NCBI GenBank assembly: GCA_050084985.1
Contig: JBITNC010000001.1
Coordinates: forward strand, 156,798,001 to 156,862,000
Origin: Nageia nagi
Lineage: Eukaryota > Plantae > Pinophyta
Length of the DNA: 64,000 nucleotides
Direction: 5' to 3'
Positions 50,501 through 61,575 of the stretch are shown one piece after another (the first letter of the stretch is position 1; the number at the start of each line of letters is the position of its first letter). Both the position numbers and the translations under genes were made by a program. The notes beneath the pieces are model-generated. The model was not told where the DNA came from. It searched no databases and saw nothing but the letters and a program-made list of their open reading frames with translations.

Positions 50501-52870
50501 TTAACTGGTGGGAGCAAACTCGAAATTGACCCAAAAACGTCCTCAACCTAAGGGGAAGATGTAAGCTGATGTAGCCTAATGGGAGGATCAAACCTTTGTC
50601 AATCTATAGATACTACTATGAGTAATGTGTCAACTGTAATGTCCCAGAAATAAATATTTTTGTAAATGTCTCCTACACTTAATTATAAAAGTGAAAAGGG
50701 GCTCATGTGACTAGGAGACATAACATTAAGATATTTTCATTTATGTTTTATTTCTTTATGTTGTAATAAGGCACTTTAAGTCAAATTAGGCTTTGGGGAT
50801 GTCAACTTGAAATTAGAACCTCAAGCTATATAAGAGGATGGAGCATCCCATTTTGAGTATGTATTTGCTATTATATGACTTTGTATCTGAAACCCTAGGT
50901 TTCTTGAGGAAGGTTGTGCCCTACTCAAACTCCACCATTGTTTAGGAGATGTGCCCTAGCTCTGTTGGAGGCATTTGCAGTTGACAAGAGATGAAGGAGA
51001 TGTGCCCTTAGTGACTTGAAATTGTTGTGGAAGAAATACAGCTAGTTTGTGGTGATTTTTGCTAGTGTTTTGTGCCCTTGCTGCCCTAGAAGGGGTTTCC
51101 AGCTTTGTGAGCAATATTCAGCCAAATTTCTATGTTTTTTTGAGTTAATAGAAACCCTAAGGGGGGTTTGTCCCACCTTGGGGAGTTTTCCGGTTCATTT
51201 TATGTTCATATTTGAGTACCCTTTCGGATGTTCTTTCATTGTATCGATTCTGAAATTAATACAATTCTATCCTGACTAATTTTTCTAATTGCGGCGCAAC
51301 ATTTGCGCTAATTTCTGTGTTTGAGTATCCAGTTTTGTGTAAAAATCATAAATGAGTCATTACTACAACTTAGGTGTCAAAGGCTGAAGGGTGAGATCCA
51401 AGTATACTAAATAAAGGCCTTATAGATCGCTTCTCGAACCTCTGACAAGGAGTTTGCTGGAGACCTAATCAAACTCCCTTGGGGTGTGGGTAGTAAATAT
51501 GAAGAGGCCAAATTTATGGAGTAACTCACTAACCTTAGTAAACCAACATCTACAGCAACCCTATGCAGCTATGTCAATTGAGAAAGCCAAAGCCCTTGAA
51601 GGGAGTCTTCTTGTGCTAAGGCAAGCAGTCAAACTTTGCCAACATGGAGCGAGATAGTATACTGACTAAGATCCTCTCCATCGAAGTTCAATTGGATGCT
51701 CTGAAGATGGGTCCCCAAATCTCCACTCCATACAGCACTACAAGGGTAACTAAAGTGTGGAATAGTTGTACTTTGGACGAAATGTCCTGAAAGTGAAGTT
51801 GTAAACATTGTCTCTCTAAGGTGGAAACTGTCGCATAACCTTGATTAACTCTGGGTGGGGTTGCTAACCTCACAGAGAATCTAGGGTTTGAAAAGAGCAC
51901 TCACAGGTAAGTGTAAGAGGAGGCGGTCTCTATAGTATTATCCTGAAAAGTGATTTGGGTCTAGTCCAATGTAGCTTTGGAAACATTGAAAGCTATAACT
52001 TTAATCTTAAAAAGGTTCACCGTAAGCTCCCGGTTATCACTAAAAGAGGCCAATGCACGAACCAAGCTCTAAAGTCCCTCAACAAAGTGGGAAAGTAGCA
52101 CAATATTGTTTGCAAAGAGGAGGATAGAAACCTGACTATCAAGGAGGAGGTAGCCTAAGTCAATTTTAATAGTCTCTAAGATAAAGGACTCTAGCTCATC
52201 TATGTAAAGACCAAAGAGAGTCAAGGAGAGGGGGCAACCTCACTTCACCCCTATCATACTAAGTATGTTGTCATGAACTCCTCTAAAGTTCGAACACAAT
52301 ATAAAAGAGTCTTGTACAGAGTTAGTATGGTTGAGTTCAATCTCAAAAACTCCCAACCGTCAAAGACAATCCATAAAGTCTATGATGAGGAACAACGCCA
52401 AAGGCCTTCCTAAAGTCCACAAAACAACAAAAGACTTGGGACTTTCGAAATATGGCCTCCTCGATGATTCCTTTAAGAGTGAAAATATCATCTATGGTGT
52501 GGTGATCTCGTCTGAAGTTGGCCTCGCCTCCTACTCTAAACTCTCTAGAATCAACCATCTAAAAAATATAGTCCTCCAAGATTGTGGCATAGAGGTTGGC
52601 CAAGCCAATCATGATGGTACGGTAATTGCTTGGTTCATTGGGATCAACTGATTTGAAGATGGGATGAAGGATGTCTAAGGTCCAGGAGGAAGAGAAGCTC
52701 GAGCAAATGACATTATTGAAGAGCCACGACAAAAAGGGCGGGAGAGTGAATTTTGCATGCTTGAGGAATTCGGCTTGTAGGTTCTCAATGTCAAGAGCCT
52801 TGTCAGAATTAAGCTTTTTGATGGCAGGTGGATGATGTGGGGGAGAGAAGAAATCAGAGAAAACCAAAAA
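50501..52870 (-). mobile_element. 5'-truncated degenerate LINE (RT domain and C-terminus), interrupted by an LTR at 50635-~51365
   Basis: PIFKSVDPNEPSNYRTIMIG, ANFR..HHTIDDIFTL, CCFVDFRKAF, GCPLSLTLFGLYIDEL, LLFANNIVL, and C-terminal 'FLGQFRVCSHQL' at 50503-50540. Confidence 0.82.
50635..51365 (+). mobile_element. LTR or LTR fragment inserted in the LINE
   Basis: Starts TGTAATGTCCC; CTATATAAG box at ~50826; LINE coding sequence lies on both sides. Right end approximate. Confidence 0.55.
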
Positions 52871-53002
52871 AATTTATATGCCCAAATCATACGATCTATA
52901 TAAGCAAATGATGTATCAATTTACAAGAAAGGTTGGTCGCATGTCAAGCCATTCAACAAGGTTCCAAACTAGGAAATGTTGTCCAATCTTGGCAAGCAAT
53001 AT

Positions 53003-53214
53003 CATAGTTGATTAATTCAAATTCAAGTGAAATTCAGCTAGGGGCCAAATTTTAAAATTTGGGGAATATTCGGGAAAAATACAGCAAATTTGGATTAAAA
53101 ATTTCAAAAATACTATAGAAGGCAAGAATTTTTAAATTTGGTAAAATTCAGGGCCCATGTAAATTCCAAAATATTCAGCAAATTCACGAATATTTGGAAA
53201 ATTAGTCAACTATG
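53003..53214. mobile_element. hAT-type MITE, 212 bp
   Basis: TIRs CATAGTTGATTAATT / CATAGTTGACTAATT; 8-bp TSD AGCAATAT / AGCGATAT (7 of 8 match); internal AAATTC repeats. Confidence 0.8.
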
Positions 53215-53649
53215 AGCGATATATGTATGGGGGATGGGTGAAAATGCTAAAAGAATTTGGAGAAATTGATAGATACATCGCTCAATATTGCTTTATCTAA
53301 ATTAAAGTGCCACCCTTTACAGTTTGTGAATTGTTCAGCGTTTGATAATCTTGGACCTTTGAGTCTGATAAAGCAAGCTACAAGATTTTGGGGACCCACC
53401 GCAACTCAAGTTTGTCCAACATCATCTCTTTGTCTTGTGTCTTCATAACTCCACCTATTTGGGCATCATGCTTATCACCCCAAAGCCTAAGTATTATCAA
53501 ATCACATGGCCTTAGTCATGTTAGAGTTAAAATTCAAAATCTTTTGGAAAATGTCTAAGTCTAGAAATATTAAGTCAAGTCTAGGCGAGCCAGGGGAACC
53601 CAAGTCAAGTTGGAGTCGATTCAGGTGAATCTGGGCCACTCCTAGGCCC

Positions 53650-54594
53650 AGCGCATGCCTCTGAAAGACAATCTTGTCTTTCTGGGATGTGCGCTCAGGT
53701 CTGAAAGTTGTCCAAGTCCGAATCTGAGTCAAAAAGAGCAAACTAGGCCACTCCTAGACCTAGCACATGCCTCAAAAAGTCAAAATCTTGTCTTTCTGAG
53801 ACGTGCACTCAGGTTTGGGAGATGCTTAGAACATAACGGCAGATGGAGAAGGCAAGTTTGGGCACTTCTAAGCTAGGCACACTGCTCAAAAAGAAAAAAT
53901 CTTGTCTTTTGGGAGCATGTGCTCAACCCTAGAGGCTGCCCAGGATGAGTTCAGAGTCAAAAAAATGAAATCCAAGCACCCAGGAGGTGAGCGCACCCCT
54001 CAAAAAGACAAAATCTTGTCTTTTGGAGGCATACGCTTAAGGCAAAGAGGCCTCCAGTTTGATCACACAGCATGGAGCCTCGAAGCCAATATCCAACTTG
54101 AACATGAGCAAAAGGGTAGGCGCATGATTTTAAAAGACAAAATCCTATCTTCCTGAAGCATGCACCTTACCCAAGGAGACATTAGGATGGCAAAAATGGA
54201 GAAAATTGGCTAAGTCATGATTGCAGAAGGCCAAAAAATAGTTAAACTTTGCAAGTGCAACCCAGAGCATGCCTCAAAAAGACAAAATCTTGTCTTTCTG
54301 GGATATGCACCCAAATTGGAAGAGCTGGATGGTTGGGCGCATGTGTCAAAAAGACAAAATCTTGTCTTTTTGAAACATGCGCCTAGCCTGAGGGGTGTCC
54401 AAGTTGAGCACGATGATCAAATTTGACAAGTTTGGACACCACAAAAGGAAAAATTGGACAAGTTAAGGTCTCAAGCGTGAAAGTCAAGATGAACGAGTGG
54501 GGGAGCTAGAAGGATCAATAGTCGAAGAACATGTATCCCCAAGTTGAGCACATGCCCCAGAAAGAAAAAATCTTGTCTTTTCCGGGCATGTGCC
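53650..54594. repeat. Array of eight ~46-bp palindromes, same unit as in E
   Basis: Copies at ~53652, 53763, 53877, 53990, 54120, 54266, 54337 and 54546. The first four are spaced ~113 bp apart. Confidence 0.9.
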
Positions 54595-54993
54595 CATCTT
54601 GAAAGGCCTCCTTCATCCCCATGTCCGGTTTTTGGTGGCCAAGCATGGAATTCTAGACGTGCACACATCTCGAGGTCAACTATCTGGACAGCCAAGATGA
54701 ATTCCTCCTCATGCATGGCCAACTAAGGTTTCTTGGAGACCTAATTTGGCTATAAATACAAGCCTGAGGGGCTCATTTTCTCAAATTCAAATCATTCTCC
54801 TCTTCATCTTTTGCGCCAGAATTGAAGGAAGAAAACAATTTTTGAATTTCGAATTTGTTCCATCACCTTTCAAAGCTTGCGCAAGGGGTTGGGAGACAAG
54901 ACAAGGCTACGTTGGGGCCTTAGCATCCTTGGAAGACAAGCGCATCACTTCCGAAGGCTTTCATCACAAACTCGGCCACGATGACCACTTCCA

Positions 54994-56276
54994 TGTGAGG
55001 ATCCAAAATAACCCTCAATCACAAACAAACCAAGCTAGGGCTTCTACAACCCTCAAACATCCAATGTTAGACCCCTAGGGCATTCAAGCACACAACAATG
55101 CAAACGTGAGCCTCTTAAGGCCTCCACGCAACACCCACAACCTAACATCAACCCTTTAGGACATAGAATGCAATAACAATACAAACGTATGGCCACAACA
55201 ACATAAATTGAAACTTCCAACACCAGTATATATCTATCAACAGGTTATACAATGTTATGAAGCCAACACATACAATACAATAGAATACACAACACAAACA
55301 TATGCCTGAAGGGCCCACGCATGAATACAATGGAACAACACAATGATTGGAACACAAGGAGTTGTCTTTGATTATATGAGACTATGAATATCCAATGGAG
55401 ATGCGCCATAGATCTAGGGTTCCAAACCCTCAACAAGCCGAACCACACAATGGGATTAGATTAACTTCCTCAGCAACCCGAATCCTCTCCTACGAAGGAG
55501 TCTCCTCAAATCCTGGCAACCACTGAAGGTAGAAGCTCGTCCTCGGAATTCCATCGAATAAGCCATAGAATGTCAAGCTCCCAACCCTACCACTCCTTTA
55601 GACGTCGTCTAGGAATAGTTGCTCAACACCGCTATGACTTTGTTGCCCAATCGGGTCTGGTATAAAAAGTATATGATAATTGGTAACCTCATAATGGAGC
55701 TCCATCCCCTATAAATAGTCTCTCATGTCCATAAGCCATGCCTCGTTATCACCCCAAGCCTTTTCTAATCCAACATTGGGGTCAACAAGTCAACAGTGCC
55801 AACACAGGGGTCATATTGGCCTAGTATGCCAACATGGGGGTCCCATTCGCCTAGTATGCCAACGTGGGGGTCATGAAGGCCCTCAAGGCTGACGTGGGGT
55901 CCAAATGGCCTTTTGGGCTGACGTTGGGGTCTGTAAGGTCTCCTGAGCCAACGTGGGGTATGTGGTGTCCTCCCAACGCTGGCACGCTCCTTTGTGCACC
56001 TAGAACATACATGACAAATATCTACCTAGAGATTCCCACAATCCAGGATCACCCCTGAACTACACACGACACATTGGGATTCCCACAATCCAAGACAACC
56101 CATTACATTACACAACATCACTACTCAAGGAGAGATATCCCATTGTTGAGCTCACAATGGGTTCTGTAGACCATTAGCTCCTGCTTGAGTTACACAATCA
56201 CAACATGAACATGAACACATACTAGAATACAAGTGGCCATGATACAATTTATCATTGACCCAAATGGGACGTCACA
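54994..56276 (-). mobile_element. Solo LTR (1,283 bp) of the element A family, inserted at the start of F's accessory ORF
   Basis: TGTGAGGATCC...GGGACGTCACA with perfect TSD TTCCA (54989-54993 / 56277-56281); collinear with 7700-9028. Confidence 0.93.
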
Positions 56277-57387
56277 TTCCAAAAGCAGTTCGGCCAAGGA
56301 AATTGCAAGAGACTTGGAGATGTTGAGGTAGGATTTGCCAATGATGCTAAAAATCAAGAGCCTCTTAAGAAAGATCAAGAGCTCACCAATAGGGAGCAAG
56401 AGCTAGCAAGAAGAGAAAGAGAGTTGGCAAAAAGGGAAAAGGATCAAAACGATTTCAAGTTACTCTTGACCAAGGTGGTGGACAATAACCGAGGACCAAA
56501 CAATGTGGGACTCAATCAGCAACAAGCACCAAACAATGATTGCCAGTGCAACACGAATTTTCAAAGAGCCAATAGACCCTAGAACACTGGCCCAAATAAT
56601 GGCATTGGTGCAGTACCTAACCCAGTGGCAAAAGACTCAGGGCCTTCCCAAATAAACAATGCTGATTTGTCTGGAATTGCACTGACTAGTTGGTGCAGAA
56701 TTCACAATGCTGCTCATGCGGAAGAAACTTGCCCAGAATTTGGATGTGCAATAAATATGTTCTAGCAAGAGCGACACAATTGGGAGCTCACTCAACCAAA
56801 TGAATCAGATCTCTCTAAAAGTTACAATGAAACTCTAATGTTTCAGGTGTATACTGTTACAGAAGAAGAAACACAAGAGGAAGAGACACCGGAATCCATA
56901 CCAATCGTCTCCTAGCCTATTTGTGCAACACAAGAAAATCCAAGGAGATTTGGCCTTGCATTTAAAAGAAGGGAACGGGAACCATTAATGGAACCCAATC
57001 CTCCCAATAGCTTTCAAGTACCACCAAACCAAGTATCTTCAAATAACCTCCTCCACCAAGTCTTGTTTCACAACCTAATGTCGCTCAGCGTTAATCGGCA
57101 CTAATCGCTCCTAGGCCAAAAAAGGCTCAAGTCCCGCATGGGAATCCCTCCCATCAAGACAAGGCAGGAAATGTTGGCAAGAAACAAACCCAAACCACAG
57201 AAGAGGTGGGCGAGACCTCTTTCGACATCATTGAAATGCTGAAACATACTAAAATCAACCTTAGTGTGATGGATTTGTTGAGTATGAAGAACCTCTTGAC
57301 CAGGTCATTAATCATTTGATATCTAAGTGCAAACAAAAAAAAGAATGGAGGGCTAAAAAAGTACAACAAGCATAGCAGACCCCATCA

Positions 57388-60300
57388 ATGGAAGATGAAG
57401 ATCCTTTAGCCGCCCAGGTTCAGATGGCATTAGAAAAAGCTAAAACCTATACGCCAAGGAGAGTTATAGCTCCTTTCCTAATCACATTAAGGGTGGCTGG
57501 AAAGAATTTACATAATTGTATGATGGATTCTGGCGCAGGAGCCAACATCATGCCGTATGAGGTATCTAAGGAGTTGAACTTGCCCATTGCTAAGAGCCCT
57601 GATGGCATAACCCAACTGAATGAGACACCAATTAGAGTGGTCGGAATGATCCACAACCTACGCATCCAAATTGCATTTGAACCACGAATAGAGAGGGGCA
57701 TAGATGTACAAGTGGTTCAAATACCACCAAAATATGGGATGCTACTCAGCAAAGACTGGTCTGAGACATTGAACGGATTCTGGTCTACTTGCTTCAAATA
57801 CCTATGGCTGCCATGGAGAAGCCTACCTAATCAAATCAAGGTCCAAGGGGAGCCGTATTAGAGAGACCTCATCACTAAATACAACAATGTAAATCAAGTG
57901 GCAGTAGTTCTAACCTCATGCCAAACTTCTACTCTCCTAAGATCAAGCAACCAGAAACAAAATGATGGATACTTAGATTTGATGGATCTAAGTCTAAAAT
58001 GGGGGGAGGAGCAAGAATTGAACTACAGAATCCCAAAGGCAAAGGATATCTAGCTTCTTTCAGACTAGAATTCCCTTGCACATGCAACTCAATTGAATAT
58101 GAAGCGTTGATCCAAGGTATGAGGATGGAACTAGCAGAAGGTGTTGAGAACCTCTTGGTAATGGGAGACTCAAAATTGGTTGTTAGGCAAATCAAAGGCC
58201 ATTATGAATGTAAAGATGACTTCCTAGTTCAATATAGATCAAGGGTATCGAGTCTCATGGAAGATTTCAAAGCTTTCAATATCAAGTCAGTCCCCAAGAA
58301 ACAAAACATTGTGGCAAACTCCTTGGAAGTAGCTACTAGTACTTCTCAACCTGTTGAGAACAACAAACTGAAAAGGTTCACCATCCAGATGTTGTACTCA
58401 CCCTCTGTCCCTGATAACATTGAGGCAATTCAGATTTTTGAAGATGATCAACACATTGAGGACTTTATGTCGAGCAAGAAGGTCTTTACCTCTCAATGCA
58501 TAGGAGAGGAACAAATCAAGTCAAGTGAAGCTCACTAAGGAGACGATAATGATGAGTATATAGACGGCATCCTTCAGTTAAAAACCAACAAACTCCATAG
58601 GGATATCACTGATCTTGAAAGATTGTTTGATCAAGATGCGATACAAGAAAATAGACCCCGAGAGCACATTGACGTTGAAGAAATAGAAAAGATAAATTTG
58701 GGAACAGATCAGGACCCTAGGTACATACTCATTAGCAAGTCTTGTCGAGGCAAGCTCAAGGGGGAAATCATCAAAGCTTGCCAAGAATATATTGATGTGA
58801 TAGCCTGGACATATGAACAATTGAAAACTTATCCAGGCATAATCATTCACACCATACCTTTGAAACTAGATACCAAACCCTTCAGGCAAAAACAAAGGGT
58901 TTTGAATCCTTTGTTAGAACCCATGGTGTTCCAAGAAGTGCAAAAGCTGGTCGAATCAGGGATCATTTTCCCGGTTAGGCATTCTAAATGGATTGCTAAT
59001 ATAGTTCTTGTCCAGAAGAAGCCCGGAGAAATAAGGGTGTGCATAGACTTTCGGCATCTCAATCGAGCATCAGAGAAGGACAACTATCCACTTCCATCAC
59101 TTGACGAAGTCCTTCAAATGGTGAATGGTGCCCAAATGATGTAATTTTTAGATGGGTACTCCGGTTACAACCAAGTCCTGGGGGATGAGAAGGATCGATT
59201 GAAAACTGCCTTCACCACCAAGTAGGGAATCTTCACATACAGTCGTATGCCATTTGGACTTATCAATGTCGGCACCACATTCCAAAGAGCAATGTATTTT
59301 GCATTCAAAGGTCTTGTGGGCAAGAACATTGTCATTTATATGGATGATCTCACTGTATACTACAAAGATATGAGCAACCATGCACAGTATTTAAGGAAAA
59401 TTTTCCAAAGATGCCGACAATTTGGAATATCTTTGAACCCCAAGAAATGCATATTTGGCATCACGAAAGGAAGATTACTTGGACACATCATTTCAAATAA
59501 AGGTATATCCATTGACCCGGATAGAGTAGTGGCCATTGAGAAGATCTTGTATCCATCAACGTTGAAGGAGCTCAAATCCTTCATGGGCAAAATCAATTTT
59601 GTTCGGAAATTCATTTCAGGATATACCGAGATTGTAAAACCATTCACAGCAATGATGAAAAAGGATGCGAAGATCAAATGGACAAATGAGGTGAAAAAGG
59701 CCTTTCATGATATCAAAGAAGCAATATACCAAAGCATCGGTCCACACAATCCCGGATTACAAGAAGGCTTTCTACCTATAGTCCTTTGCTTCAGAACACT
59801 CAGTAGCAAGGATTTTGACTCAAAAGGATGACGAAGAGAAAGAGAAGCCCATTGCATTCATGAGTGCTCCATTGAAAGACGCTACTCTTAACTATCCCAT
59901 TGGTTACAATAGTAAAGAAGTTTCATCACTACATCTTGCGCAGCCAAATAATTGCCATCGTACGTGACCCTGCCATCAAGAACTTGCTATCTCAGCAGGA
60001 GTTAGGGGTCCAAAGAGGCAATTGGATTTCTACATTACAAGAGTTCGACTTGACCATTCAGCCCATGAAAATTGTGAGAGGTCAGGGTCTCTCCCAAACT
60101 TTGGCATCTTGCCAAGATGAAAGAACACCAAGATCCTTGGATGACGAGACTAACTCGTCCTTGCAAATTTGTCAAATTGCTAGTTCACCTCAATCATGGT
60201 ATACAGTGGTTGTACATTATATCACTTCGGGAGAATATCCCCCAAATTTTGTCTCAATTCAAAAGAGAGCCTTAAGGTACAAGGCAACCAGATTTATGAT

Positions 60301-61450
60301 TAAAGACGGGGTCCTCTACAAGAGAAATTTCCACGGAATATATCTATGGTGTTTAGAAAAGGAGGAAGCCAGGAAAATCCTTGAAGAGTTTCATAAGGAA
60401 GGTGGAACTAGCCATGCATTAGGTTACGCCTTAACACATCAAATACTTTGTGCTGGTTATTATTGTCAATTTCTATTCTGAGATGCTCATCAGTATGCCA
60501 AGACTTGTCACAATTGTCAGATTGGGGTGGAGAGAGAAAACTTTTCAAGTATGCCCCTACAACCAGTTCTAGAGTCGAAACCATTTTCTAAGTGGGGGCT
60601 TGACTTTGTAGGGGTAATCAATCCCCATTCCTCAAAAAGACATCAGTTCATCCTAACTGCAACAGACTATTGTACCAGATGGACTAAGGCTATTGCAATG
60701 AAGAACACCACATCTGAAGTGGTCATTCCATTCTTAAAGGAATAAATCCTAACCCGATTTGGCACTCCATTCTCTATAGTTTGTGACAATGGCCCAAGAT
60801 TCAGTTCAGCGAAGTTATCAGATTGGATCTCAACTCGTAATATTTCCGTAATATTCTCAGCCAATTATTACCCCCAGGGAAATGGCTTGGCTGAGTCTAC
60901 AAACAACAATCTGTTGACCATCGTGAAGAAACTGTTGAATAGGAACCCCAGAGATTGGCATAGCAAGCTGAAGTATGCCTTGTGGGAAGATCATATCAAA
61001 AGCAAGAATGCACTTGGAATGAGTCCCTTTCAACTCGTTTATGGGGCAGAACCAATCTTCCCTGCATAGCTCAAGATTGGAACACTGCAATTCATAAGGG
61101 ATTACATAGAGACTGATGATGAATTAGAAGCACGATTAGTTCAACTGGCACAATTAGAAGAAAAGAGAGATCAAGCATTTTAGAACCTCACCCAACAGCA
61201 ATTGGAAACAAAGTGATGGTTTGATCGCAACATGCAAGCGAAGAGTTTCCGAGTTGGGGATCTCGTTCTCTTGTGGGACAAAGCTCATGAAGACAAGGGG
61301 AAACACACCAAGTTCGACAGGTTATGGCTAGGCCCTTTTCAAATAGCTACCATGGTAAGCTTGACCACTGTCAAGTTGATGCATCTCACGGGTGAAGAAT
61401 TACCCTTGCCAATCAATGGCAAGCATCTTAAATACTATTTCCAACCATGA
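57388..61450 (+). pseudogene. Element F pol: protease - additional RNase H (aRH) - RT - RNase H - integrase
   Basis: CMMDSGAGANIMP; FDGS...IEYEAL...GDSKLVVRQI (57970-58340); RVCIDFR, MPFGL, IYMDD; KWGLDFVG, ATDYCTRW; WLGPF. Several stops and frameshifts. Confidence 0.92.
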
Positions 61451-61528
61451 GCTCTGCCCGAGGCCGTGTATCGTAGTGTAAATAATTTTCCCAATTGTGA
61501 AAAAGCAAAAAAATAAAAAAGATAAAAT

Positions 61529-61531
<3 letters not shown>

Positions 61532-61569
<38 letters not shown>
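61532..61569. repeat. (AT)n microsatellite in the 3' region of F
   Basis: Directly visible. Confidence 0.95.

Positions 61570-61575
<6 letters not shown>

Noticed and set aside
53650-54594. CRISPR-like appearance of palindromic repeats with spacers (also 25953-26662)
   Set aside because: Eukaryotic LTR context, degenerate repeats, irregular spacer lengths and no cas genes.
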